The notes under the pieces were generated by a model. That model saw nothing but the letters and a program-made list of their open reading frames with translations, searched no databases and had not been told where the DNA came from. From a virus, in IMG/VR virus record IMGVR_UViG_3300042907_001596, positions 64,001-128,000 of that record: a stretch of DNA of 64,000 bases; one strand, written 5' to 3'. The translations under genes were made by a program, and so were the position numbers. Shown here piece by piece: positions 29,296-38,289 of this stretch. Position 1 is the stretch's first letter. Each line of letters opens with the position of its first letter.

Positions 29296-31530
29296 ATGGA
29301 CGCACCGACAAGGAAGATGTACCGGGGGCTGAGGCTGAACAACCTCCCGCCGGAACTGCTGGAACACGTTAAGCGGCACACGCGCATGCCGTACGACGAG
29401 TCTGAGGTCGGCCAGCACTTCAAGATCGGCCCCGTCCTGCTCGACCACATTGAGAACAGCCACCACGACCCCGAACTCAGCCTGGGTCAGAACTGGACGA
29501 TCAACAGGGACTTCGCGGGGAAAGCCGGATGCTCGCAGACCGGCCCCTGCCAGCTAGGCGTGGTACTAGAAGCTGACATCCCGACCGACGAGCACAGCTT
29601 CGACCCCAAGAATAGGGGGCAGAACCCCGGCACAATGCAGTCAGAGCAGCAGGTCACCATCCTGCCGGATGTGCCGCTGAACATCACCGGACTCAAGCTG
29701 GTGGGGTATGGCAACGGTGGCCCCGGCGGACACGATCTAGAAGTCCTCAACGACCCCCGCTATGTCACCCGCCAAAAAGAGTTCCCCAGTGTCGCCCAGT
29801 TCCATTCCGGCCCGCAGATTCGGATCGCCTACCTCCGCAACAAGACCGCTGCACGCGGCGTCCCCGGCTACAACCTGGACGACTGCGAGCCGTCCGGTCG
29901 CTACCTGACCGCCGACACCATCCCCAACCAGCCCGCCCCCGCCGGGTGGGAGCGCGGCACCGTATCTTTCGTCAACCCGCTGCGCTTAGAGCATCTGCAC
30001 GGCGGCTGGCGGCAGGCGCTGTCGGCGCACTACGACGGGCGCACCGGGAAGGAACTCACCGCCAGCCTGGTGGCCGACGGCTACGACGGCATCATCACCG
30101 CCGACCATCACGGCTACGGCGAGATCGTCGCGTTCAGCCCGCCGACCTACAAGAAGCTGGATCTGAAGATCCGCTACCCCGAAACCATCAGGGATCCGCA
30201 GAAGGACACCAGCGACTACAACTTCACCGGCAGCCCCGAAACGCAGTACCACCACCGGGCGCTGGACGACGACGACTTAGAAGACATCGACACCCGCAAA
30301 GACAGCGCAGATGACTGGTATGCCGAGATGGCGACCCGCCGCGCCCAAGGGCTGCCGGAGATCGACTGGAACACCTGGATCAACAAGCGGATCTCGTATC
30401 GTCTCGCCATGGCGTGGGATGAGTGGGCACCGAAGGTTAAAGGCGGCTGTCTGCTGGACGGTTGCTACTGGGACAAAAATGGTGGCAACGACAGTCGCTA
30501 CACCATCCCCCAGGCCGGTGCGTTCCTCCATTACAGTCACGGACAGCGGTGGGGCAAGCCTGCACTGAACGTCATCGGCATCTACACCCACCCCGACAAC
30601 CGCAACGACGGCGTAGCCGAAGCGTTGATGCGGCGGCTCGCCGAAGACCATCCCGGCGTCCACATCGACACCGGCTACATGACACCCGACGGCCAACGCT
30701 TCCACGACCGTGTGCTGGAGAAGGAGCCGTCTGCGCGGGAACTCGTGACAGCCGTGCGGTTGGCCATGGCCTGGGATGAGTGGAAAGACAAGATTCAGCA
30801 CCATGAATATGGCGATGACTTTCTTCAAGGAACAGACAACACTGGAACGTACAAGATTGACCACGGCCCAGACCCCGATGAGCCAGACTTTACGCATGAG
30901 TCATGGCTCAATTACGGATGGGGCCGGGACGACAATGGAGAGCCAGTATTAGATATTCACGATTTAGGTACTGCCGCGCCATTTCGTAATCGTGGAGTAG
31001 CTGAAGCACTGATGCGAAGGCTACATCAAGATAACCCAGGTATCCGAATTAACCCCGGCGGCATGACCGATATGGGCCAAGCCTTCCATGACCGGATGCT
31101 GGAGAAGGAACCCGACGCCCGCGCTTTGGTCACCGCCGCTTCCCTGCTCGTCGGGCCGTATGACGCTTACGACGAAAACGACTGGTTCCAACGCCATATG
31201 GATCATCCGCCCCTGGAGAACCCCGACACCGCCGACTGGTACCACGTCTCGCCGCACCGCATGCAGGTCGGCACCATCCTGGCCCCGATGCGCGGCGAAA
31301 CACCGTGGGATGACGAACCGTACGACAACGGCTTGCAGAACCGGGCCAACTGGGTGTGGATCGAATACGACGAGCGCAAAGCCCGCGAGTGGCAGCAGTG
31401 GGTTCTCAAGCACCAGCCGCAATGCCACCTCTACCGGGTGCAACCCCACCTTGGCCCGTTCGCCTGGAACGGTACCGCCGACGAAGGCTGGGTCACCGAC
31501 TGGGCCGAGATCCTTGAGGAAATGACCTGA
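29296..31530 (+). CDS. Polyprotein C: ART-like (YRG), ART-PolyVal-like, 2 GNAT, Arr-like ART
   Basis: MYRGL...NWT...SEQQV; GYDGII...GEIVAF; RLA|MAWDEW twice before GNATs (RNDGVAEALMRRL, RNRGVAEALMRRL); WYHVSPH...WVWI...LYRVQP...WNG. Confidence 0.85.
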   Translation: MDAPTRKMYRGLRLNNLPPELLEHVKRHTRMPYDESEVGQHFKIGPVLLDHIENSHHDPELSLGQNWTINRDFAGKAGCSQTGPCQLGVVLEADIPTDEHSFDPKNRGQNPGTMQSEQQVTILPDVPLNITGLKLVGYGNGGPGGHDLEVLNDPRYVTRQKEFPSVAQFHSGPQIRIAYLRNKTAARGVPGYNLDDCEPSGRYLTADTIPNQPAPAGWERGTVSFVNPLRLEHLHGGWRQALSAHYDGRTGKELTASLVADGYDGIITADHHGYGEIVAFSPPTYKKLDLKIRYPETIRDPQKDTSDYNFTGSPETQYHHRALDDDDLEDIDTRKDSADDWYAEMATRRAQGLPEIDWNTWINKRISYRLAMAWDEWAPKVKGGCLLDGCYWDKNGGNDSRYTIPQAGAFLHYSHGQRWGKPALNVIGIYTHPDNRNDGVAEALMRRLAEDHPGVHIDTGYMTPDGQRFHDRVLEKEPSARELVTAVRLAMAWDEWKDKIQHHEYGDDFLQGTDNTGTYKIDHGPDPDEPDFTHESWLNYGWGRDDNGEPVLDIHDLGTAAPFRNRGVAEALMRRLHQDNPGIRINPGGMTDMGQAFHDRMLEKEPDARALVTAASLLVGPYDAYDENDWFQRHMDHPPLENPDTADWYHVSPHRMQVGTILAPMRGETPWDDEPYDNGLQNRANWVWIEYDERKAREWQQWVLKHQPQCHLYRVQPHLGPFAWNGTADEGWVTDWAEILEEMT

Positions 31531-31531
31531 C

Positions 31532-33265
31532 ATGGCCGTCACTTACGATTCGGTCGGCGGCGGAGTCGCAACCACCAGGGGCGTCACCTCCACGTCGTGG
31601 CAGCACGTCATGGGCGTCTCCGCGACCGCACTCATCGTTGCCGTCAACTTCTCCGGCTCCAGCAACGTCAACAACTCTTTGACTCGCACCGTGAAGGTTG
31701 GCACGAAAACCTTGACCCCACTAGGGTCGATCATCAACCGCTACAACCTCTTCTTCGCCCCGGTGGGCTGGATTGAACTGTTCGGCATCATCGGCCCGCC
31801 GACGGGAGTGCAGAGTATCTTCGTCACCTGCTCCGCTTCCGAGCAGATCACCGCGAACTCCGTTGCCTACAACGGCGCATCAGCGTTCGGTGCTTTTGCC
31901 GGAGGCGTCAACCTGGCGGGCACTGGACAGACGTTGCCGTCCGTCACCGGCCCCACTAAGGGCATGGTGGTAGCGGCGTTCGGGGTGACTTCCAATAGGA
32001 CGCTGACCGCCGGATCCGGCCAGACGATGCGGTGGACGGCATCCGCTGCCGCGTCGGTCGGCATTGAAGACACCGCCGCCACCGGGTCGGTGAGTATGTC
32101 GATGAACGTCACCGGCCCCCTCCCGGCGACGTGGGGTGGAGTGACCGTCGCGCTGGTACCGGCCACCGTCGCCAGCATCGGTCACACCACCGCCGCCAAC
32201 CTCGTCGCCGCGAAAACCACCCTGGCCGCTGCGGTCACCGGCAGTCTTAAGGGAGCGGCATCGCGCACCACTACGGCCACCGTCACGGCCAGCGCCACCG
32301 CCGTAGAGCCGATCGGCCCAAAGACCGCTGGGTCTTCGCGCATCATTACCGCCACCCCGACGGCGTCGGCGTTCTCCTTTACCCCGCCGCCCCCGAACGC
32401 TGCTGCGCTGCCGGTCACTGTTACCCGCACTGCGGATGCGACCCGCACGCTCGCGCCGACCACGGCGGCAGCCTCCCCGCTGATGTACGTCGGGCGCTAC
32501 CCTGACGAACCCGATGCCGTGGTGCCGAAAAGGTACGTCGTCTCCCTCAACTCTACGAGCGCATTGACGACCAGCTTCATTGACCAAGTTGTGGGATCCC
32601 GCGCCCAGTATTTAGCGACGACCGCATTTGTCGACCAAGAAGACGCCAAGCGGGCGACAAGAACCGAAGTGACGGCGGCGGACGCTAACTACTTCCCGGC
32701 GACCGGGCACGGCCTTGCGGTCACCGACTCGACCGGAAAACTTCCGGCGTCGGCTATTCCTTCGTCGGGCCTCGTCACCGACCGTACCGCCCGCTACTAT
32801 CCGTGCGCCGCCCCGTCGATCAGCACACCGACCCGCGTGGTGACGGCCACTCCGACCGAGTTGCTGATCGGAACCGTCACAGTGACAGATCAAGGGTATC
32901 CGTGGACACCGCTGGTGTTCGCGTATGTAAAGGGGTACGACCGCATCGGAGCCAGCCCCACCCGCTGGGCGGGGACTGGAGTGGCCGACGCCGCCGGACA
33001 GATCCTCGTCAACAACGTCGGTATCCTCACCGTGCAGGGCAGCAACGGAACGGTCTACGGATCCGGCCAATGTACCGCCAGCACGAAGGACACCTATTCG
33101 GTGGTGCTGCCCGCCTCTACTAGCACTACCGCCACGCCCCTTTCTGGTGCGCTGACATTCAACCTTTACGGGTCGTGCCGCGACGGCGCGGGGCGCACCG
33201 GCGAGGGGTACACCTTCACCGGGGCGGATCTGATCTTTTACGTCATCGCCATGCCAGCAGGATAG
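31532..33265 (+). CDS. Minor tail / virion protein
   Basis: Thr/Ala-rich beta-type; FVDQEDA and DSTGKLPAS motifs shared with 27958. Confidence 0.7.
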   Translation: MAVTYDSVGGGVATTRGVTSTSWQHVMGVSATALIVAVNFSGSSNVNNSLTRTVKVGTKTLTPLGSIINRYNLFFAPVGWIELFGIIGPPTGVQSIFVTCSASEQITANSVAYNGASAFGAFAGGVNLAGTGQTLPSVTGPTKGMVVAAFGVTSNRTLTAGSGQTMRWTASAAASVGIEDTAATGSVSMSMNVTGPLPATWGGVTVALVPATVASIGHTTAANLVAAKTTLAAAVTGSLKGAASRTTTATVTASATAVEPIGPKTAGSSRIITATPTASAFSFTPPPPNAAALPVTVTRTADATRTLAPTTAAASPLMYVGRYPDEPDAVVPKRYVVSLNSTSALTTSFIDQVVGSRAQYLATTAFVDQEDAKRATRTEVTAADANYFPATGHGLAVTDSTGKLPASAIPSSGLVTDRTARYYPCAAPSISTPTRVVTATPTELLIGTVTVTDQGYPWTPLVFAYVKGYDRIGASPTRWAGTGVADAAGQILVNNVGILTVQGSNGTVYGSGQCTASTKDTYSVVLPASTSTTATPLSGALTFNLYGSCRDGAGRTGEGYTFTGADLIFYVIAMPAG

Positions 33266-33278
33266 GAAGGACACACTT

Positions 33279-34013
33279 ATGCCTGCACTCTTTTATGTCG
33301 GGGCCGTCCCTGCGGCGTGGCGGGACATCGCCACCTACGCTTCTGTCGATGCCGCCGTCGCGGCCAGCCGGACGGAAGTCGAAGAGTTGGTGTCGACGGC
33401 AGTGGCCGACAAAGCGGCGGCGGCGGAAGTCCGCGCTAAAGACAACTATTACGCTTTGGACACCGAATACAAAAGCAAAGACGCCACCCGCAACGTGCCG
33501 CTAAACCCCGTCAACGTCGCCGGTGCCCCGGCAACACTAGAAGGTGACGGCACCATCGCCGCCGCCAAGTTCCCGCTGATGGGTGCCGGATACCTGTACG
33601 GGCCGTGGGGTGTCGGCGTCGCCACCAAAGCCACAGGGGTTGGCCTTTCCCCTGTGGCCGTCGCAACCTTCACCACCTCCGCGATTCCCGCCCGATACCT
33701 GTACCGGCCGATGTGCTTCGCCACCATCCTGGTCAAATCGTCCAGCACCGCCGGACGCCCGGTGGTGGAGGTGCGGATGGGCACCACCAACCAGGGTGAA
33801 CTGGTGGCGGTCGGCAGGGGTCGGACGATGTTCACCGGCTTACAGTCCATTGCCGTGATGCCGGTGGCCAGCACCGCCGCCTGGTTGGTCGGCACCGGAA
33901 GCGCGGCCACGTTGACGATGTGGCTGTCCGACGCCGCCGGGGTGCCGGTGTCGATGGACGCCAGCGAAGACGTGACCGGCGCAGCCTACCTGCTCCAAGC
34001 CCCGCCGGTCTGA
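33279..34013 (+). CDS. Minor tail / virion protein
   Basis: Similar organisation to the C-terminal parts of neighbouring genes. Confidence 0.65.
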   Translation: MPALFYVGAVPAAWRDIATYASVDAAVAASRTEVEELVSTAVADKAAAAEVRAKDNYYALDTEYKSKDATRNVPLNPVNVAGAPATLEGDGTIAAAKFPLMGAGYLYGPWGVGVATKATGVGLSPVAVATFTTSAIPARYLYRPMCFATILVKSSSTAGRPVVEVRMGTTNQGELVAVGRGRTMFTGLQSIAVMPVASTAAWLVGTGSAATLTMWLSDAAGVPVSMDASEDVTGAAYLLQAPPV

Positions 34014-34045
34014 CCTGGATTTTGGCCTTCCTCGTCCCCTAAAAG
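34014..34045 (+). promoter_or_regulatory. Putative late promoter CCTGG-N22-AAAAG
   Basis: Variant of the late motif. Confidence 0.5.
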
Positions 34046-34060
34046 ATGAGGAGGATGAGC

Positions 34061-35710
34061 GTGGCGAGACGGATCCAGCGGCAAGCTGAAGTGTATTCCT
34101 GGCGTACCGCCGACCCGGTGTGGCGTCGGGTCGCACGCTTCCCCGTCCCGGCGGAGTGGGCCAGCGACCCCGAGATGCAAGGTACCCTCGCCGCCCCTCG
34201 CGGGCACAGCGGCAGGCGCTGGGACGAACACATCCAGAACCTCGACACCCTCCTCAACGAGTACCACGACAACAAGATCGACAGCCGGTCGATGTTCGGC
34301 CAGCACGACCCGATCACCAAAACCACCCGGTGGAACGCCGACCGGGTGAAGATGCACCAAGACATCGTCAACGAACTCGTCGCGCAGATGGCGAACATCC
34401 CCCGGCAGAAACGGGCCATCCTGATGGCCGGACTGGGCGGGGCGGGCAAAACCTGGGTGCAAAACCAGCCCTTCTTCGGGGTGGATGCGAAGCAGTTCTT
34501 CGTCCTCAGCGCCGACAACATCAAAGAGATGATGGCCGCACGCGGCATGATGCCCACCGCGAAGCACGACCCGCGCTTTGCCGGACACTCCCCGATGGAA
34601 TTGAGTTCCCTCATCCACCTGGAGTCCGACGAGATCGCCAAGCGGGTCGCGGAGATCGCCACTGAGCAGGGCACCAACGTCATCTGGGACTACCGGATGG
34701 CCAACCTGCCTTCGGCACTAGAGCGCATCGGCCGGTTGCGCAGCAACGGCTACAAAGACATCGGGGCGTTCCTGGTCAACGTCGACCCGCAACGGGCACT
34801 GAAGTCCGCGATCAGCCGACACAAAGACGGCCAACAGGCGTGGCTGGACTCCGGCGGGTCGGATCCGGCGAAGCAGGGTGGCCGTTGGCTACCCAGTTTT
34901 GCCCACCATGAAGGCAGCCCCACCCCCGGCTCCGGCATGATGAGCAGCAGCCAGGAAGCGTTCAACCAACTCATCACTCAGCACGCCGACCTGCTGCCGA
35001 TGGGGTACGGCTCCATCGACAACCGGGTGCGCGGCAAGCCGGTGTTCCAAGGCGGCAGCGGACAGTGGGCTAACCTCAACATTCCGCAGGGCCACCCCGA
35101 CACCCTGGCCCCGACACCACCGACGCCGACGCTGGTCAGCGCGAGGAGATGGTTCATGGCCGACGAGCACAACCTCTACGAAACTGACCCATACAGCGTG
35201 CGCGGAATCCTCAACGCCTACAGGGCCGAGCAGATCGACTACCCCACGTTGGTGTCGGAAATCGTCAACCGATTCATGGCGATCACCCCGATTGCCGACG
35301 ACCCGGCCCGCGCCGGATGGTCGCAGTACATGCACAGCGAAATGATGCCGGGGGACGACGACGGCTTCTGGTTGTCGTGTGCTGTCAGCTTGGGCGTTCT
35401 GACTCCCGAGCAGCTAGATGAAATCCTCGACGCCATCCACCAGTCCGTCCACAACGAGCCGCCGCCGGTGCGTCAAGCCAACTCCGTCACTGTCAACTAT
35501 CCGGCCGAGTCGGTGGTGTATCACAGCAACTACATCAAAGCCGTCGGGGATCAACTGGTGGAGTGGTTCGATTCGCGCCGCCAGCCGGGGGAGACGATCG
35601 ACCACTTTATGAAGCAGTACGCCTCCAACCCTGACGAGGTGGCTGTCGCCAAGCCGTATGTAGAGCGTTTTTTGGGGCGCACTGACATCTATCCCCAATC
35701 CGGCGTGTAG
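34061..35710 (+). CDS. Leader-bearing zeta-toxin-like P-loop kinase fused to extra modules (alternative starts 34046/34055)
   Basis: MAGLGGAGKT Walker A, SADNIK, HLES, NVIWD, GGRWLP; leader MARRIQRQAEVYSWRTA. Confidence 0.85.
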   Translation: MARRIQRQAEVYSWRTADPVWRRVARFPVPAEWASDPEMQGTLAAPRGHSGRRWDEHIQNLDTLLNEYHDNKIDSRSMFGQHDPITKTTRWNADRVKMHQDIVNELVAQMANIPRQKRAILMAGLGGAGKTWVQNQPFFGVDAKQFFVLSADNIKEMMAARGMMPTAKHDPRFAGHSPMELSSLIHLESDEIAKRVAEIATEQGTNVIWDYRMANLPSALERIGRLRSNGYKDIGAFLVNVDPQRALKSAISRHKDGQQAWLDSGGSDPAKQGGRWLPSFAHHEGSPTPGSGMMSSSQEAFNQLITQHADLLPMGYGSIDNRVRGKPVFQGGSGQWANLNIPQGHPDTLAPTPPTPTLVSARRWFMADEHNLYETDPYSVRGILNAYRAEQIDYPTLVSEIVNRFMAITPIADDPARAGWSQYMHSEMMPGDDDGFWLSCAVSLGVLTPEQLDEILDAIHQSVHNEPPPVRQANSVTVNYPAESVVYHSNYIKAVGDQLVEWFDSRRQPGETIDHFMKQYASNPDEVAVAKPYVERFLGRTDIYPQSGV

Positions 35711-35741
35711 CTGTATCCCCCCTCCGCCCGCCCCTAAAAGG
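35710..35741 (+). promoter_or_regulatory. Putative late promoter GCTGT-N22-AAAGG
   Basis: Precedes lysin A. Confidence 0.55.
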
Positions 35742-35752
35742 ATGAGGAGGGT

Positions 35753-37435
35753 GTGATGAGCTTTCGCGTGGTGTACGGCCAATCCCGCAGCGAGAATGGC
35801 TGGCGGATGTGCAACGCCGACGAAACCGATTCGTTGCCTATCCCCGGCAGTAGCGTGCGGATCCCGCTGCGCTCCGGCGTCCCCAGCACCATCCTGCGAG
35901 CGTTCGCGTCCCGATTCAACCAGTTGATCGAACCGCTGGATCAGACCCAGTGCGGCGGCTGGACGCCGACGAACTCCGTCGCTACGTCGAACCACCTCGC
36001 CGGTTCCGCCGTCGATCTGAACTGGAGGCTGCACCCCTTCAGGGTCAAAGGAACCTTCGGGGACAAGCTGCCGGTGCTGCGCAACATCCTCCGCGAGTTT
36101 GAGGGCACCGTCTTTTACGGCGGCGACTGGGCGAACCCGATAGATGAGATGCACTTCCAGATGAACTACGACTGCTTTGAGGGGTCGAAGAAAGCAGAAG
36201 ACTTTGCTCAGCGCCTCCTCAACGGACATCTGGGAATCTATGCCTCCGCTAACCCGAACGATTTCCCGCTGCCGCTGGGGTACTACTACGGCCCGCTCAG
36301 CGGCCCGAACGAGTCGGTATCCGGCGAGTGGGCGGGGGAGCGGCCGGAGTGGAGGGCGGGCCTGAAGCGGTGGCAGAAAGCGTTGGGTCTGAAGCAGACC
36401 GGCAAGTGGAATGACGGCGTCACCGCGAAGGCCGCGACGACACTCCAGCTAGCTAAGCGGTGGCCTCCGCACCCTGACTTCGGCTACGGCGGGGTGTACC
36501 TGGGTGAGTGGGATGCCGTCATCAAGAACGGTTGGCGTCTGCCGGACGGCTGGAAGCCCGACGCGGTGCCCGCGACCCGCGTCAAGTGGGCGGATGTCAG
36601 CCAGTACCAAACTGCCACCCTCGACGCCACCTACCCCTACCCGGTGGTGGCGTTCCGTGCGTCCGTCGCTGACCGGCGCGACACAAAGTTCCTCGCCAAC
36701 ATGACCGCCGCCCGCAAGCTGGTGGCTGCCGGGAAGCTCCAGAAAGTCATCGCCTACCACTTTTGGGTTCCCGGCTACGACAACGTCGGCACCTTCATGT
36801 CGGCGCTGGAGAGCAGCGGCGGGATATTCCCCGAACTGGCTTTTATGATCGACGTAGAAGACGGCGGCACGAAGTGGAATATCACCGGTGACCAGTCCGA
36901 CGGCGTCAACGACTTCATCGACCGCGTGTCGGAGCGCTTCGGCAACCCGGCGGCGGCGGTCGGCTATCTCAACTTCCGCTCCAACCAAGACTTGTGGAAG
37001 ACCATCCCGCACGGACTGAAGCTCATCGTCCCGGCGTACAGCGGGCCGGAAAGCAAGCCGTGGGTGCCGGAAGGCTACACGGCGTTCGGGCATCAGTATG
37101 CCGACAACGAAGACACCCCGCCGTTCGGGCCGTGCGACATCAACCAGGCGCACATGACGCTGGCCGACTTCATCTCCGCGTTCGGCGTACAAGCTGTACC
37201 AGATCTTGTACCAGATTCTGGTACCACTCCGGTACCTCCCCCGACCGGCGCGGGGAGCCTTACCCTCACCGGCCGACCGCTAGACCCCCGCATCCCCGAC
37301 GACCTGGCAGGTCACGTCTTGTCGATGCGGATGGAAGGACTGCGCACCCAAGCCTTGGTTGCTGCGCTGTGCGAAGCCAACAACATCGACGTGAGCGACG
37401 TGTTTAACAAGGTAAAGGATGCCGTGACGCCATGA
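35753..37435 (+). CDS. Lysin A (M15-type peptidase, PG-binding, GH25-like muramidase)
   Basis: SENGW, SNHLAGSAVDLNW, DEMHFQ; WQKALGL; WADVSQYQ...MIDVE. Confidence 0.9.
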   Translation: MMSFRVVYGQSRSENGWRMCNADETDSLPIPGSSVRIPLRSGVPSTILRAFASRFNQLIEPLDQTQCGGWTPTNSVATSNHLAGSAVDLNWRLHPFRVKGTFGDKLPVLRNILREFEGTVFYGGDWANPIDEMHFQMNYDCFEGSKKAEDFAQRLLNGHLGIYASANPNDFPLPLGYYYGPLSGPNESVSGEWAGERPEWRAGLKRWQKALGLKQTGKWNDGVTAKAATTLQLAKRWPPHPDFGYGGVYLGEWDAVIKNGWRLPDGWKPDAVPATRVKWADVSQYQTATLDATYPYPVVAFRASVADRRDTKFLANMTAARKLVAAGKLQKVIAYHFWVPGYDNVGTFMSALESSGGIFPELAFMIDVEDGGTKWNITGDQSDGVNDFIDRVSERFGNPAAAVGYLNFRSNQDLWKTIPHGLKLIVPAYSGPESKPWVPEGYTAFGHQYADNEDTPPFGPCDINQAHMTLADFISAFGVQAVPDLVPDSGTTPVPPPTGAGSLTLTGRPLDPRIPDDLAGHVLSMRMEGLRTQALVAALCEANNIDVSDVFNKVKDAVTP

Positions 37436-37932
37436 CCGATTTCGTCCCCCCATGGGTGAAGTACGACACCCCCGAAGCTGTCCCGCCGGTGCCGGTCACC
37501 TCCTCGACGGCCGCACCGGCGGGACTCTCCTGGGCCGCTCAACTGGAGCAGGCCGCAGTAGAGGCCGCACAGTCGGCGCTGACCGATGCGGCACCGAAGA
37601 TTCAGGATCAGGTCGCGAAGTACACCCAGGACTACATCACCGGCATCCTGACGGGAAACACCCCCAGCCCGACGATCACCGGCACCACCCTGTCGGGAAC
37701 CAAACTGGACATCGCGTCGGCCAAGAACCGCAGTTGGCGCACCTTCCTGGCCGGGATGGGCTTGGACGTGATGTTCGCGCTGGTGGCCGTCGTCGGCACC
37801 CTCAGCCATGTTGACTTCTTTACCCAAGCCGGGTGGATCACCTTCGGCGTGTTGATCACCAAGACTGTCATTCAGACAGTAATCTCTTACATTGCGCGGC
37901 TAAAAATTGCTCCGCCGTACGAGAAAAAGTAG
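37432..37932 (+). CDS. Holin
   Basis: Overlaps lysin stop; WRTF then two hydrophobic helices. Confidence 0.75.
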   Translation: MTDFVPPWVKYDTPEAVPPVPVTSSTAAPAGLSWAAQLEQAAVEAAQSALTDAAPKIQDQVAKYTQDYITGILTGNTPSPTITGTTLSGTKLDIASAKNRSWRTFLAGMGLDVMFALVAVVGTLSHVDFFTQAGWITFGVLITKTVIQTVISYIARLKIAPPYEKK

Positions 37933-38063
37933 CTCAGCCGAGGCGTGCTTCTACTGCGGGCAGCCAAGGCCGTATCGGTGGATCGGTAGCTTTCACTGTA
38001 CCCAAGAGGGTCGCTCCCCAAGGCGAAGTCTCCCCCTTTGGCTTGACCAGCAGGAGGCGGACA

Positions 38064-38288
38064 ATGCCGGAATGTAAGGTCACCTGCTACACCTGTCGTT
38101 CCGATACCAACCAGCCCAAAGTGTGGCGCTGGCTGTGTGAAGACTGCGCCGCCGACTGCCTCGACGGCCACCGCCGCAGCACCGGACACACCGACCTGAA
38201 CCTGGCGGTCGTCACCGCGCCGACGATCAGCGGCTTGGGCAGCCAGATCCGCCAGGCACACCGCCAAGTAGTTCAGATGGGATGGTGA
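38064..38288 (+). CDS. Small Zn-binding protein upstream of terminase
   Basis: CYTC...CEDC...H...GH; RBS aggagg. Confidence 0.65.
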   Translation: MPECKVTCYTCRSDTNQPKVWRWLCEDCAADCLDGHRRSTGHTDLNLAVVTAPTISGLGSQIRQAHRQVVQMGW

Positions 38289-38289
38289 C

